A stretch of 64,000 bases of DNA from Nitrospiraceae bacterium (GTDB lineage: Bacteria; Nitrospirota; Nitrospiria; Nitrospirales; Nitrospiraceae). The notes beneath the pieces were generated by a model. The model was given only the letters and a program-made list of their open reading frames with translations. It was not told the origin of the DNA and ran no database searches. A program made the translations under genes and the position numbers. The DNA lies in contig JBFWWG010000004.1 in NCBI GenBank assembly GCA_050246315.1, positions 64,001 to 128,000 of the forward strand. Reading direction: 5' to 3'. Of the stretch, positions 47,961 through 57,892 are shown piece after piece. Position 1 is the stretch's first letter. Each line of letters begins with the position of its first letter.

Positions 47961-49421
47961 ATGTCGCTGTCTGCGGCGGAAATTGACGCTGTCGTGTCGG
48001 AAATTCGCCCGGCTCTTCTGGGTGGCTGGATTCAGAAAATCTATCAACCTACAGATACCGCCGTGACCCTGGACATTCGTGTGCCGGGTCAGACTTTAGC
48101 CCTGCACCTCTCTGTCCTCCCCAGCGCAGCAAGACTCCACCTACTCTCGACGCACCTGCCGAATCCCGAGCGACCTCCTTCGTTTTGTCAGCTCTTGCGG
48201 GCTCATCTGCTCGGAGCGAGGGTCGAAGCGATCCAGCAATGGGACACAGACAGGATCGTCGAGATCAGGCTGCAAACCAAGGCTGGGATCCGGACACTGG
48301 CGGCGGAGCTTACAGGACGGAGCGCGAACCTCTACTATGTCGATGCAACAGGCTGCGCGCTCGCCGCCCTCCGGCCGGCGCCGGAACGGATCGGCAAACC
48401 GTGGTTCGATGGAATCGGTCAACCCAGAACGGATCAGCCGCGGGCCATGCAACAGCGGTTCGCGGTGTCATCCTCGTCAGCGGACGTTCCGGACTATCCG
48501 CTCTCACGAGCGATCGAGCAGCATTATTCAAAGACGGAGCTAGAGTCGCAAATTCGGCGTCTCGAACAAGATCGCTTGCAGGGGTTGACCCGCCAGTTGA
48601 AACGTCTCACCCGGCGTATTCTCGGCATGGAGGAGGACCTTGATAAGGCTCGGCGCTATGAATCCTACGGACGTTACGGCGAGTTGCTGAAAGCCCATCT
48701 CGCCCAGATACAGAAAGGACAGGACAGTGTGACCGTGGAGGACTACTTCGATCCTGACCTTGCTGCGATCACCATTCCATTAGACCCGGCCAAGAATCCC
48801 ATCGCCAATATGCACGAATACTTTCAGAAGCATCAGAAGTTTCTCACGGCCGAGACCGAGATCCGTCCGAGGATGGAGGCGGCGGAACGGGAGCGGGCTG
48901 AACTCCGGGAAGAAATGGACCGCATTCGACGCGGCGAGTGGCCCCCGCCCCTTCCCACGGAAAGACCCGGCGACCAACGTCATGACAAGCCGACCGGTCG
49001 TCAGAACCGACAGGACTCAGCGCCCCGACGCCGCGGTCCCTTTCGCCGGTTTACCTCTCTGGACGGACATCCGATCTACGTGGGACGGAACGCCCAGGAA
49101 AACGAAGAACTCACCCATCGGTTCGCACGGGGCGACGACTTGTGGCTTCATGCCCGCGGCGTGCCGGGCTCCCATGTGGTCGTACGCCTCCCGAAAGGCA
49201 GTGAGCCTCCGGTCGAAACAATCCGCGACGCCGCCACGCTCGCAGTCCTTTACAGCGATTTCAAGAAGAGCGGTAAGGGCGACGTCGTCTATACCAGGAG
49301 AAAATGGGTAAAGAAGGCGAAAGGACGAGCCCCCGGCACGGTGACGGTCACCCAGGAACGAACGATTTTCCTTCAACTGGAAAAGACGAGATCGGATCGT
49401 TTGAAAAGTACGGCCGAATAG
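47961..49421 (+). CDS. rqcH: RqcH/Rqc2 (NFACT, FbpA) ribosome quality-control protein
   Basis: IQKIYQP, FCQLLRAHL, DRIVEI, ELTGRSANL, VGRNAQENEEL, WLHARGVPGSHV. Confidence 0.85.
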   Translation: MSLSAAEIDAVVSEIRPALLGGWIQKIYQPTDTAVTLDIRVPGQTLALHLSVLPSAARLHLLSTHLPNPERPPSFCQLLRAHLLGARVEAIQQWDTDRIVEIRLQTKAGIRTLAAELTGRSANLYYVDATGCALAALRPAPERIGKPWFDGIGQPRTDQPRAMQQRFAVSSSSADVPDYPLSRAIEQHYSKTELESQIRRLEQDRLQGLTRQLKRLTRRILGMEEDLDKARRYESYGRYGELLKAHLAQIQKGQDSVTVEDYFDPDLAAITIPLDPAKNPIANMHEYFQKHQKFLTAETEIRPRMEAAERERAELREEMDRIRRGEWPPPLPTERPGDQRHDKPTGRQNRQDSAPRRRGPFRRFTSLDGHPIYVGRNAQENEELTHRFARGDDLWLHARGVPGSHVVVRLPKGSEPPVETIRDAATLAVLYSDFKKSGKGDVVYTRRKWVKKAKGRAPGTVTVTQERTIFLQLEKTRSDRLKSTAE

Positions 49422-49482
49422 GAGCCAGAGAGTCTCTTCCCAGGGACAGACTCCCGGTGGATGATGCCTCGCCAATCAGTTT

Positions 49483-50757
49483 CTATAGCCGGCAGACTGC
49501 GCTGGTATTCCCTCCCGCAAGCGTGTCTCCTGCGGCGGTGCCGAGCAGTTGGTAATGGCCGAGCCCCAATTCCTTCCCATAGGCCTTGCCCACCAGAACG
49601 TCCTGCACATGTTGATGGTCCTGAGCGCGGAAGTATGAGCGCCCCTCCTTGAGCCCGTCGAATTCATGCCCTTCCAATGCTTGGACGACCGCTGAGGTCT
49701 CGGTGGAACCGGCCCGGCGTACAGCCTCCAGGATTTGCGTGGCCGCCGCATACCCGAGGTAGCAGCGCGAGGTAGGAGTGTGGTTGTACTTGTCGACCAC
49801 CGCTTGGATGAAGCGTCTCGACCCTTCGGTCTTGATCTTCGGATCCCAGACCAGGCCCCAGATGCCGGCATTGTCGGCATAACCCAGCGGCCGCCCGATC
49901 TGTTCGCCTCCGATCATGCCGGCGATGCCGATCTTGTCCTTCACGAAATCCAGTTTGGCGCAGGTCTTGAGCGCGTGCACCAGATCCCACCCATAGAGAT
50001 TGAGGATCACCGTCTGGGGATTGGCGGCCTTGGCTTTGGTCAGGGCCTCGGTGAAGTCGGTGGCGCCGAACGATGTCATAACAGAGCCCAGCACCTCACC
50101 CTTCTGCGCCCGACAGGCCTCGGCCAAGGCCTGCTCGGCGGACCTGCCGTCCACCGTGTCCGCCGTGACCATGAACCAGCGCGGACCGTACTCCTTCACG
50201 ATGTAGGGCGCCACCGCATTGGACAGCATGGTGGCGTTGGGCATAAAGACAAACATGTGCGCGTCGCATCGTTCCCCGGTGAGGGCCGGAAGGTGCGCGC
50301 CCGTGACCATGAACAGTTTATGCTCCCGCTTGGCGACGTCACTGACTGCGAGCGCGCAGTCCCCGTTGAAGGTTCCCATGAGGAAATCGACACGGTCCTC
50401 CTTGATGAGTTTCAGGGCGGCCTTCTTGGCCATCTCCGGATTGGACGCGTCATCGGCCTCCACGATCGCCACGGGACGTCCTAGGACGCCAGCCTGCTTG
50501 TTATAGAGATCCACGGCCACGGTCGCCCCATGCACATCATGAATGGAGGAGGTCTTGTAGGGACTCGTAAGTGGATCGATGATCCCGATCGTGATGGGCT
50601 CGTCGGACACCTGCTCCACCATCCTCGCACGGGTTGGAGCTGACCCCGCGGTTCCGTCATCGGCGCCTCCCGCCCAACGGGGGATGCCTCCAAGCAACGC
50701 CGTCCCGCTTGCGACCGCCGACCATTGCAAGAACCGCCGTCTGGATATCCGACTCAT
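49483..50757 (-). CDS. Tat-exported ABC substrate-binding protein (LivJ/PBP1-like)
   Basis: SRRRFLQ twin-arginine signal; GVLGRPV, FGATDF, YFRAQDHQ; start 50757. Confidence 0.85.
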   Translation of the reverse strand: MSRISRRRFLQWSAVASGTALLGGIPRWAGGADDGTAGSAPTRARMVEQVSDEPITIGIIDPLTSPYKTSSIHDVHGATVAVDLYNKQAGVLGRPVAIVEADDASNPEMAKKAALKLIKEDRVDFLMGTFNGDCALAVSDVAKREHKLFMVTGAHLPALTGERCDAHMFVFMPNATMLSNAVAPYIVKEYGPRWFMVTADTVDGRSAEQALAEACRAQKGEVLGSVMTSFGATDFTEALTKAKAANPQTVILNLYGWDLVHALKTCAKLDFVKDKIGIAGMIGGEQIGRPLGYADNAGIWGLVWDPKIKTEGSRRFIQAVVDKYNHTPTSRCYLGYAAATQILEAVRRAGSTETSAVVQALEGHEFDGLKEGRSYFRAQDHQHVQDVLVGKAYGKELGLGHYQLLGTAAGDTLAGGNTSAVCRL

Positions 50758-50802
50758 GTCCGTGTCTCCTTCTGTAGGACCTGGGGAATGCACGGATGGG
50801 AT

Positions 50803-50817
50803 GCAAGAGTGCGGCCA
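50803..50817 (-). promoter_or_regulatory. Putative sigma54 promoter
   Basis: TGGCCGCACTCTTGC (GG-N10-GC), about 45 nt upstream of ATG 50757. Confidence 0.55.
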
Positions 50818-51290
50818 ACGCTCAACCCCGCCTCGCCATTGAAATGAGAGCGAATAGAGCGGAGACGAGGTGTATCCTTTATCCTACTACGTGGCTCGTC
50901 GTAGTTCATGTCGCCCGGAGAATGGGATTTCTCAGCCGGATGAACGCGGGCTACGCGAAGTGGGGATGACGCTTCGACGAACTCGGCCAGACGCAGGTCT
51001 CGATTACCATTCCGTGTGAGGAAGACCGGAGGTCGTTGAACTCTCGGGGGTACGGTGGAAGCAATCCGATCGGTTGGGACGGGAACACATCCGACATAGG
51101 CCGGCTGAGCGACACCGGCTGACAGAACGGATCAACCCGATCAGACACATCAGGGACAAGTAGGCGGGTGAACGGGCGGTGTCCCGTTGTCCATCGCGCT
51201 CCAGCGTGACTCGCTGCGGGACAGTTCGGCTTGCCCGATCCAGATATCCGAGATCATGGTGCTGTGGGCCTTCCGCCCGCCATGCTCCCG

Positions 51291-52082
51291 CTACTCCCCC
51301 ACCCGCACCAATAGGCCCTTCTCCTTGCAGACTTCAAACGTCCAATGAAACACCGCAATGACCACAGCCAAGTACAAGAGGTTGAGCCCGATGGCCCAGG
51401 TCAGGTGGGAGGCGGAGAGGATGCCGTCCCTCAAGACTCCCCGCATGCCCTCAAAAATATGAGCTGCAGGATTCATCCACGCGATGCCCTGTAACCAGGC
51501 GGGCAGCACGTCGAGCGGATAGAACACGCAGGAAATCGGCTGAAACAGGAACACCATGCTCCACGCCAGCACTTCCGCTTCGTGGCCGAATCGCAAGATC
51601 AACGAGGTCGTGAAGACGCCGATCGTCCAGCCGGTGACCACGAGGTTGAGGACGAAGGGAATGAGCGCCAGACCGATGACAAACACGTTATACGAATAAA
51701 ACGCGTAGGCGCAGAGCGTCATCACGCAGGCGACGGCCGCCACTTTGAAGATGCTCATCGCCATGGTCGAGGCGAGAAACTCGCTGGGCTTCAAGGGACT
51801 GGCGAACAGGTTCAAGAGATTGCGGGCCCAGATCTCTTCGAGAAAGGTGATCGTGATCCCTTGCTGCGCTCGAAACAACACATCCCACAGAATGAGGGCG
51901 CCCAGGAAGAACGTTACCAGCCCCGGCACCTGTCCTTCATGCCTCATGAGGTAGACAGTGATGAATCCCCAGATGACCAGGTCCAGCAGCGGCCAGTAGA
52001 AAATCTCCATGATCCGAGGCAGACTGCGCTTGTAGAGATACAAATGCCGGCTCAGAAGCGCGATGACCCGATGCCACTTCAT
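51291..52082 (-). CDS. ABC-2 type exporter permease
   Basis: About 6 TM helices, NLFASPL, FYPLDVLPAWLQ, FEGMR. Confidence 0.9.
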   Translation of the reverse strand: MKWHRVIALLSRHLYLYKRSLPRIMEIFYWPLLDLVIWGFITVYLMRHEGQVPGLVTFFLGALILWDVLFRAQQGITITFLEEIWARNLLNLFASPLKPSEFLASTMAMSIFKVAAVACVMTLCAYAFYSYNVFVIGLALIPFVLNLVVTGWTIGVFTTSLILRFGHEAEVLAWSMVFLFQPISCVFYPLDVLPAWLQGIAWMNPAAHIFEGMRGVLRDGILSASHLTWAIGLNLLYLAVVIAVFHWTFEVCKEKGLLVRVGE

Positions 52083-52813
52083 CAGGGTTGCTCCCTCGCC
52101 AAACGGAGAAAGACCTCTTCGAGATCCCGGTCCCCGAACCGTGCGGTAATTTCGCCCGCGGTGCCTTCCGCGACGATCTTGCCGCGCTGCAGAAAGATGA
52201 TGCGGTCGGACATCTCTTCCATCTCGCGCATGTTGTGAGAGGTGTACAACATGCTCAACCCCGTCGACCGGCGGACATCCTGAAGCAACGCGCGGATCTT
52301 GTGGGCAATGTCGGGATCGAGGCTGGCCGTCGGCTCGTCCAGAAACAGGACTTTGGGTTCGGTCAAGATGGCCTTGGCGAGGGTCAAGCGGGTCATCTGT
52401 CCGGACGAGAGTTTGCGGGTCAGCTTATGACGCATCTCTTCCATCTCCAACTGCTTCGTCACCTCATCGAGACGTTGTTCCACATGTGCGAGGCCGTACA
52501 ATCGGGCGACCACGCGCAGATTCTCTTCCACGGTCAGGGAATAGGGCATCGAAATGTAGGTGGAGGAAAAATTGACCTGCTGCATGATCGCCTCGCGATG
52601 TGACGCGAGGTCGAGCCCGAACATGCGGATCGTGCCGCTCGTCGGGGTGATCAAACCCAACAACATCTGGATGGTCGTCGTCTTGCCGGCTCCATTCGGC
52701 CCCAGCAAACCCAGAATCTCGCCGGGTTGAATATCGAACGAGATATCGTTCACGGCGACGAAGTCGCCGAACCGCTTCGTGAGACGGCACACCTGGACGA
52801 TCGGCGTCATCAT
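52082..52813 (-). CDS. ABC transporter ATP-binding protein
   Basis: GPNGAGKTT, LSSGQ, LDEPT, SHNM. Confidence 0.95.
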   Translation of the reverse strand: MMTPIVQVCRLTKRFGDFVAVNDISFDIQPGEILGLLGPNGAGKTTTIQMLLGLITPTSGTIRMFGLDLASHREAIMQQVNFSSTYISMPYSLTVEENLRVVARLYGLAHVEQRLDEVTKQLEMEEMRHKLTRKLSSGQMTRLTLAKAILTEPKVLFLDEPTASLDPDIAHKIRALLQDVRRSTGLSMLYTSHNMREMEEMSDRIIFLQRGKIVAEGTAGEITARFGDRDLEEVFLRLAREQP

Positions 52814-52839
52814 AATAAGGCATCGCGGGATCGGCCCGC

Positions 52840-53544
52840 CTAGAACAACAGATCTTGGACTTTTTCAGGCAGGTGGCAGGTCTCGCACTTCCGGCTCAGC
52901 ACCGCGCCGTCGTGCTCGGCCTTCCCATCGTGACAACGGAAGCAGTCCGCCATCGCCTTCCTATAGAGGACACTACCTCGGGGATGCCGTGGCTCGTTCA
53001 GTTTGCCGTCGGCCTCCACATGTCCGCGGGGAACGATAATCGGGTACCCCTTGATGGGCTCTCCATGCACCACCCGCGAATGGCAGGTGACACAGCCCTC
53101 CCCTTTCTCGCGCTTGTCGAACGCCTTCATGTGTTTCCGATGGCTCATCACCAATCCCACTTCCTTGACCGGAGAAGGCAGATCGCGCGGCGCAACTTCC
53201 GAGACTCGCAAAATCTCGCGATGGCACCCCAAGCACAGTTCGGAATGCACAGTCGCGTCCAGCTCATGCGGCGCGGTGGGCCTGCCGAACCAGGTAATCA
53301 GCACATCCTTCGTCCCGGCATAGGCCTTGTCACGCAACCATCCTATCGGCGTGCTCCGCACATGGCAGTCCACGCACGACACCTCCTTGTGCGAGGATCT
53401 GGCCCAGCTCTCGTAGGAGGGCGCGATGGTATGACAGGACGCGCAGAATTCCGGCTGGTTCGTAAGGTGTAGCCCGCCGCCGCCGAGGGCCCCGGCCCCG
53501 GCCACGATGGCCAGGACGACCCAGGGAGAGTATTTATGTCTCAT
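52840..53544 (-). CDS. NapC/NirT/NrfH-like membrane-anchored multiheme cytochrome c (6 CxxCH)
   Basis: N-terminal TM, TNQPEFCASCH, CVDCH, CLGCH, CVTCH, CFRCH, CETCH. Confidence 0.9.
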   Translation of the reverse strand: MRHKYSPWVVLAIVAGAGALGGGGLHLTNQPEFCASCHTIAPSYESWARSSHKEVSCVDCHVRSTPIGWLRDKAYAGTKDVLITWFGRPTAPHELDATVHSELCLGCHREILRVSEVAPRDLPSPVKEVGLVMSHRKHMKAFDKREKGEGCVTCHSRVVHGEPIKGYPIIVPRGHVEADGKLNEPRHPRGSVLYRKAMADCFRCHDGKAEHDGAVLSRKCETCHLPEKVQDLLF

Positions 53545-54043
53545 TCCGCGGACGTCGAGGAAAATGGGAGATGATCAGTCGGGCCACCGCGGGGATATCG
53601 TCCGCATCGAGCACGGGGACGGAGACCGTGACCGGCTTATTCGAGACAACCGCCAGCAGCCCTTCCGGAGAGACCGATACTTCCCCCGGCTGATCCCTGA
53701 CCACTAGAATCTTGGGATACCCGTCGCTCTTCCACCCTTCGGCGATGATCAGGTCCGTATCCTCGTCCAGAAACCGATCCCGCACGTCTTCCGGTTTGAC
53801 TTCATCGGACACGTCGGCAAACATGGCTAGACTTCCCTTGGAGAGCACCACCACCGCGCTGGCCCCCGCGCGTTTGTGACGCCAACTGTCCTTGCCTTCC
53901 GTATCGAGGTCGAACCCGTGGCCGGCATGCTTCACCGTCGCCACCTTGTAGCCGGCACGGACCAGTTCAGGAATGATCCGTTCGATGACGGTCGTCTTCC
54001 CGCTATTCGAGCGTCCGACGAAGCAGACCACCGGGATTGCCAT
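53534..54043 (-). CDS. mobB: Molybdopterin-guanine dinucleotide biosynthesis protein B
   Basis: GRSNSGKTT, VKHAGH, GKDSWRH, EGWK. Confidence 0.92.
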   Translation of the reverse strand: MAIPVVCFVGRSNSGKTTVIERIIPELVRAGYKVATVKHAGHGFDLDTEGKDSWRHKRAGASAVVVLSKGSLAMFADVSDEVKPEDVRDRFLDEDTDLIIAEGWKSDGYPKILVVRDQPGEVSVSPEGLLAVVSNKPVTVSVPVLDADDIPAVARLIISHFPRRPRNET

Positions 54044-54064
54044 GGCGCGCGCTCCTTTACCCTA

Positions 54065-55345
54065 TCAGCAACAGGACTGCCGGTGGCCTGTCGACGGCTG
54101 GCACCCAACTTCATGCGTCCAGAGGGGCCCGCTAAGGACCTGGACGCTTACCCAATCGCCGGGGTTCACCCGCTCCACTTCGGCAGGCACATCGATCAGG
54201 CAATTGGCCCTCACCATCGACGTCAAGATCCCGGAGCCTTGGTCGCCCGTCGTCCTGACGTGAAACACATCTTGCTCTCTGGTGAGAATCCCTCGTAAGA
54301 AATGCCGGCGATCGCTTCGCTTGGAAAATTGTTCCTGAAACTGCGCCCGGATGACCGGACGTCCGTAGCTGCGATGGCCGCCCATCCTCAGCATGGCCGG
54401 GCGCACCAATTGCTCGAACGTCACCATGGAGGACACAGGATTGCCGGGAAGCCCGAAGGCCAATTTTCCCTGAATCTTCCCGAAGGCCAACGGCTGGCCC
54501 GGTCTGATGGCCAGCTTCCAGAAATGCATCTCGGCCCCGAGGTCCCGGAACACCGCCTTCGTAAAATCATAGTCGCCCATCGATACTCCGCCCGAGAGTA
54601 CGAGAATGTCGGCGTTGATCCCATGGGAAATCTTCTCGGTCAGCGCCGCCGGATTGTCCCTGGCGATACCCAACAGGATCGGCACGCCTCCGGCTTCCTG
54701 CACCGCCGCGGCGATCCCGTAGCTGTTGGAATTGATGATCTTGTCCTCGCTGAACCGTTCGTCAAGGTCCGCCAGCTCGTCTCCGGTTGAGAGAATCGCA
54801 ACCCGCGGCCGTTGATAGACCAGCACGAGGGACCGCGCCAGGATGGCCAGCATGCCGGCCTCACCCGGTCGGATCGCCATGCCTTGGGAGATGATGCACT
54901 CCCCTTTCTTCACATCCTCGCCCTGAGGTCGGATATTCGCGCCTCGCGGCTCCACCTTGAACACACGCACCGAGTCGGGCGTGTGTTCGGTGTCTTCCAC
55001 CTTGATGACGGTATCGGCTCCGCTCGGGACCGGTGCCCCGGTCATGATTCGGATGGCCTGTCGAGGCCCAACGCACTTGGACGGCATCTTGCCGGCCGGC
55101 ACGTCCTCAACAATCGTCAATTCCACCGGTTTGGTGATCGCATGATCCTGCTTGATGTCGTCCCATCGAACCGCAAATCCATCCATCGCAGAATTGTCCC
55201 ACGGCGGGTTGTCCCGCTGCGCGACGATGTCCTCACCGAGCACACGCCCCAACGTATCCAAGATCGGAATCTTCTCCAATCCAAGCGGGCGGGCCGCCTC
55301 AAGTACGATCCGTTGGGCTTCCTCTAAGGGCGTCAGACCTTGCAT
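54065..55345 (-). CDS. moeA: Molybdopterin molybdotransferase
   Basis: SAMDGFAV, IMTGAP, STGDEL, SGGVSMGDYD, GLPGNPVS. Confidence 0.96.
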   Translation of the reverse strand: MQGLTPLEEAQRIVLEAARPLGLEKIPILDTLGRVLGEDIVAQRDNPPWDNSAMDGFAVRWDDIKQDHAITKPVELTIVEDVPAGKMPSKCVGPRQAIRIMTGAPVPSGADTVIKVEDTEHTPDSVRVFKVEPRGANIRPQGEDVKKGECIISQGMAIRPGEAGMLAILARSLVLVYQRPRVAILSTGDELADLDERFSEDKIINSNSYGIAAAVQEAGGVPILLGIARDNPAALTEKISHGINADILVLSGGVSMGDYDFTKAVFRDLGAEMHFWKLAIRPGQPLAFGKIQGKLAFGLPGNPVSSMVTFEQLVRPAMLRMGGHRSYGRPVIRAQFQEQFSKRSDRRHFLRGILTREQDVFHVRTTGDQGSGILTSMVRANCLIDVPAEVERVNPGDWVSVQVLSGPLWTHEVGCQPSTGHRQSCC

Positions 55346-55369
55346 AGGGCCGTTTTCTCCGTCTTCACG

Positions 55370-56323
55370 TCAGTGCTGGTGCCGCGGCGCGATATTGACC
55401 AGCGACCCGGCCTTCTTGCAAAACGCCTCCACCTTGTTCGCAATGCCGTGGAACGCGTCGGCGGTGGCGGTGTCGGAATAGAACATGGCGAAAGGTTCCC
55501 CTGCATCCGATTGCGTAACGACATCAGGGTCCAGGGGAATGCGCCCGAGGAAGGGCACGCCCATGTCGAGGGCGGAAGCTTCTCCTCCTCCTTTACGAAA
55601 GACCTCGATGTGGTGATGGCAATGCGGGCATTCGAGCCCGCTCATGTTTTCAACGATGCCGATGATCGGCACCTCACTGTCACGGCAGAACGTGACGGAT
55701 TTGCGGGAATCCAAGAGCGCCACTTCCTGCGGCGTGGTCACGATCACGGCTCCACTCACGCCGCCGAGCAGATCAATCGTCGTCACCGACTCGTTCCCCG
55801 TCCCAGGCGGCAGATCAATCAACAGAAAGTTGAGGTCCTGCCATTCAACGCCTCCGAGCAACTGATTGATAAACTCATACTTGTACGCGTCGCGCCAAAT
55901 GATGGGATCGTCGGAATTCTGGAGGAGGAACGACATCGACGCGATCTTCAGGTTGTAGGCCTGAAAGGGAATGATCCCGCCGGATGTGCTGATTTTAAGC
56001 TTCTGCCCTTCCGCGCCCACCATCTTGGGAATGTTCGGCCCGTGAATGTCCAAATCGCAGACCCCGACGTGCCACCCCTTCAAAGCCAGGCTGACGGCCA
56101 GATTGGTCGTGACGGTACTCTTCCCGACCCCGCCCTTATTGCTCATGACGAGAACTTTGTATTCGATGCGTTCCATCCGCTTGGAGACAAGCCAGCGACT
56201 GTGGCCTTCCTTGTCCTTTTGACACCGTTCGGTTTCGTCGCAGATGGCACAGGCCCAGAGATAGGTGCACACGTCGCCGCTGCCCGACCCCGGCGTGTTG
56301 ATGATATTCAATTCCTTCGGCAT
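55370..56323 (-). CDS. Mrp/ApbC/NBP35 Fe-S cluster carrier ATPase
   Basis: KGGVGKST, DLPPGTG, VTTPQ, ENMSGLECPHC. Confidence 0.93.
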   Translation of the reverse strand: MPKELNIINTPGSGSGDVCTYLWACAICDETERCQKDKEGHSRWLVSKRMERIEYKVLVMSNKGGVGKSTVTTNLAVSLALKGWHVGVCDLDIHGPNIPKMVGAEGQKLKISTSGGIIPFQAYNLKIASMSFLLQNSDDPIIWRDAYKYEFINQLLGGVEWQDLNFLLIDLPPGTGNESVTTIDLLGGVSGAVIVTTPQEVALLDSRKSVTFCRDSEVPIIGIVENMSGLECPHCHHHIEVFRKGGGEASALDMGVPFLGRIPLDPDVVTQSDAGEPFAMFYSDTATADAFHGIANKVEAFCKKAGSLVNIAPRHQH

Positions 56324-56381
56324 GATGCGTCCTCTATAGATGACTGCGATGCATGACTGCCCTCATCGAGCGCGGACCGGC

Positions 56382-56870
56382 TCAGCGTCGGTGGCTCGCT
56401 GCCTGCTTGTGGATTTTCCCTACCGTATGTTCGAGAATCGGCAAGATCACGCCCAGGTTGTCTTTCGCTCCCCGTGAGCTGCCGGGCAGGTTGACGATCA
56501 AGGTACCGCCTCGGATTCCTGCGGTTCCCCGGGATAGCATCGCGGTTTTGACTTTTTTGACGCTCTCTTGTCGCATCGCCTCGCCGATCCCAGGAACCTC
56601 CTTTTCGACGACGTCCCTGGTGGCTTCCGGCGCCCAGTCCGTAGGGCGCACTCCGGTTCCTCCGATTGTCAGGATCAGGTCGGTCCGCCCTGCATCCGCC
56701 ACCGCAGCGAGTCGCTCGGCAACCGCTCGTCGGTCGTCCGCCACGATGTCATAGGAATTCACCCTCCCCGGAATCTCCGCTACCATCTGCTCCAACGCAA
56801 CGCGGCCCGTGTCCTCTTCGGTCCCGGAGACGATCTTGCTGCTGATCACGATCACGGCCACCTGAAGCAT
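56382..56870 (-). CDS. MogA/MoaB molybdopterin adenylyltransferase
   Basis: TIGGTG, PEAT, PGIGEAMR, AMLSRG, NLPGS. Confidence 0.92.
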   Translation of the reverse strand: MLQVAVIVISSKIVSGTEEDTGRVALEQMVAEIPGRVNSYDIVADDRRAVAERLAAVADAGRTDLILTIGGTGVRPTDWAPEATRDVVEKEVPGIGEAMRQESVKKVKTAMLSRGTAGIRGGTLIVNLPGSSRGAKDNLGVILPILEHTVGKIHKQAASHRR

Positions 56871-56876
56871 GGGGGG

Positions 56877-57851
56877 TCATGAGCGTCCGATGCCGCTGGG
56901 AACGGCCACATACTCGTCTTCCGACTTTCCGCCTGGTCTGGCCATCTTGGGTCCGCCTTGCCCATGGGCCGCCGCCGGCACGCCTCCGGACGGCTCTGCG
57001 TCCTGGGCCGCTTCCATCCGTTTCTTTTTATTGAAGAACCCGGCGCTGACAATCCCGACCTCATAAAAGACGTACATCGGGACCGCCATCAGACATTGAT
57101 TGAAGGGGTCCGGAGTGGGAGTGAGGATCGCCGCGAAGATGAATGCGGCCAGAAATGCCCACTTGCGGTAGCGCTTCAAGAAGGGCGCATCGACCCACCC
57201 CAGCTTTGCCATCAACGTGATGGCAAGCGGTACCTCGAAGATCATGCCGAACACCAGCAGGAACCAGAGGGCAAACCCTACGTATTGGGCAATCGAGAGC
57301 TGAGGGATGAATCCGGCGTTCACGCCATAGGAAATCAGGAAGTTCAACGCAAACGGCAGCACGAAGAAGAACGAAAACAGGACTCCCGCATAGAACGCCA
57401 GCGAGCTCAGCAGCACGAAGGGCCCCACAAACCGCCGTTCCTGCGCATGCAGGCCCGGGACCGTGAACTGCCAGAGCTCGAAGAGGATGTAGGGCGCCGC
57501 CAGGACGACCGCGAAAAGTCCGGCCACCTTGACGTTCTGCCACAGCGCCTCCGCCGGGGCGAGAAAGACGAAAGGGACAGCCGGCAGATCAGTGGGTACC
57601 CACTCCAGCGTCCGAGGCACAAACATGTTCTGGAGCGGCACCCTGATCCATTTCACGAGCGTGTCCGCATAGAAGAAGGTGACGACGAACACCACCCCGG
57701 TCACCAATACGGCCCGGGTCAGCCGCGCCTGGAGCTCCACCAGGTGCTCCATGACCGGCATTTTCTTGTCTTCCAGAGGACGGAAGACCGAATCCTGAAG
57801 CCATTCCCACACCTTGGAGGGCTTCTTGTCTTGTGCCTTGTCTTGCGCCAT
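56877..57851 (-). CDS. tatC: Twin-arginine translocase subunit TatC
   Basis: MPVMEHLVELQARL, PGLHAQE, FEVP, AAILTPTPD, FYEVG. Confidence 0.95.
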   Translation of the reverse strand: MAQDKAQDKKPSKVWEWLQDSVFRPLEDKKMPVMEHLVELQARLTRAVLVTGVVFVVTFFYADTLVKWIRVPLQNMFVPRTLEWVPTDLPAVPFVFLAPAEALWQNVKVAGLFAVVLAAPYILFELWQFTVPGLHAQERRFVGPFVLLSSLAFYAGVLFSFFFVLPFALNFLISYGVNAGFIPQLSIAQYVGFALWFLLVFGMIFEVPLAITLMAKLGWVDAPFLKRYRKWAFLAAFIFAAILTPTPDPFNQCLMAVPMYVFYEVGIVSAGFFNKKKRMEAAQDAEPSGGVPAAAHGQGGPKMARPGGKSEDEYVAVPSGIGRS

Positions 57852-57892
57852 AACAGCTACATGCGACGGCCTCGATCAGGAAAATGACGCGC

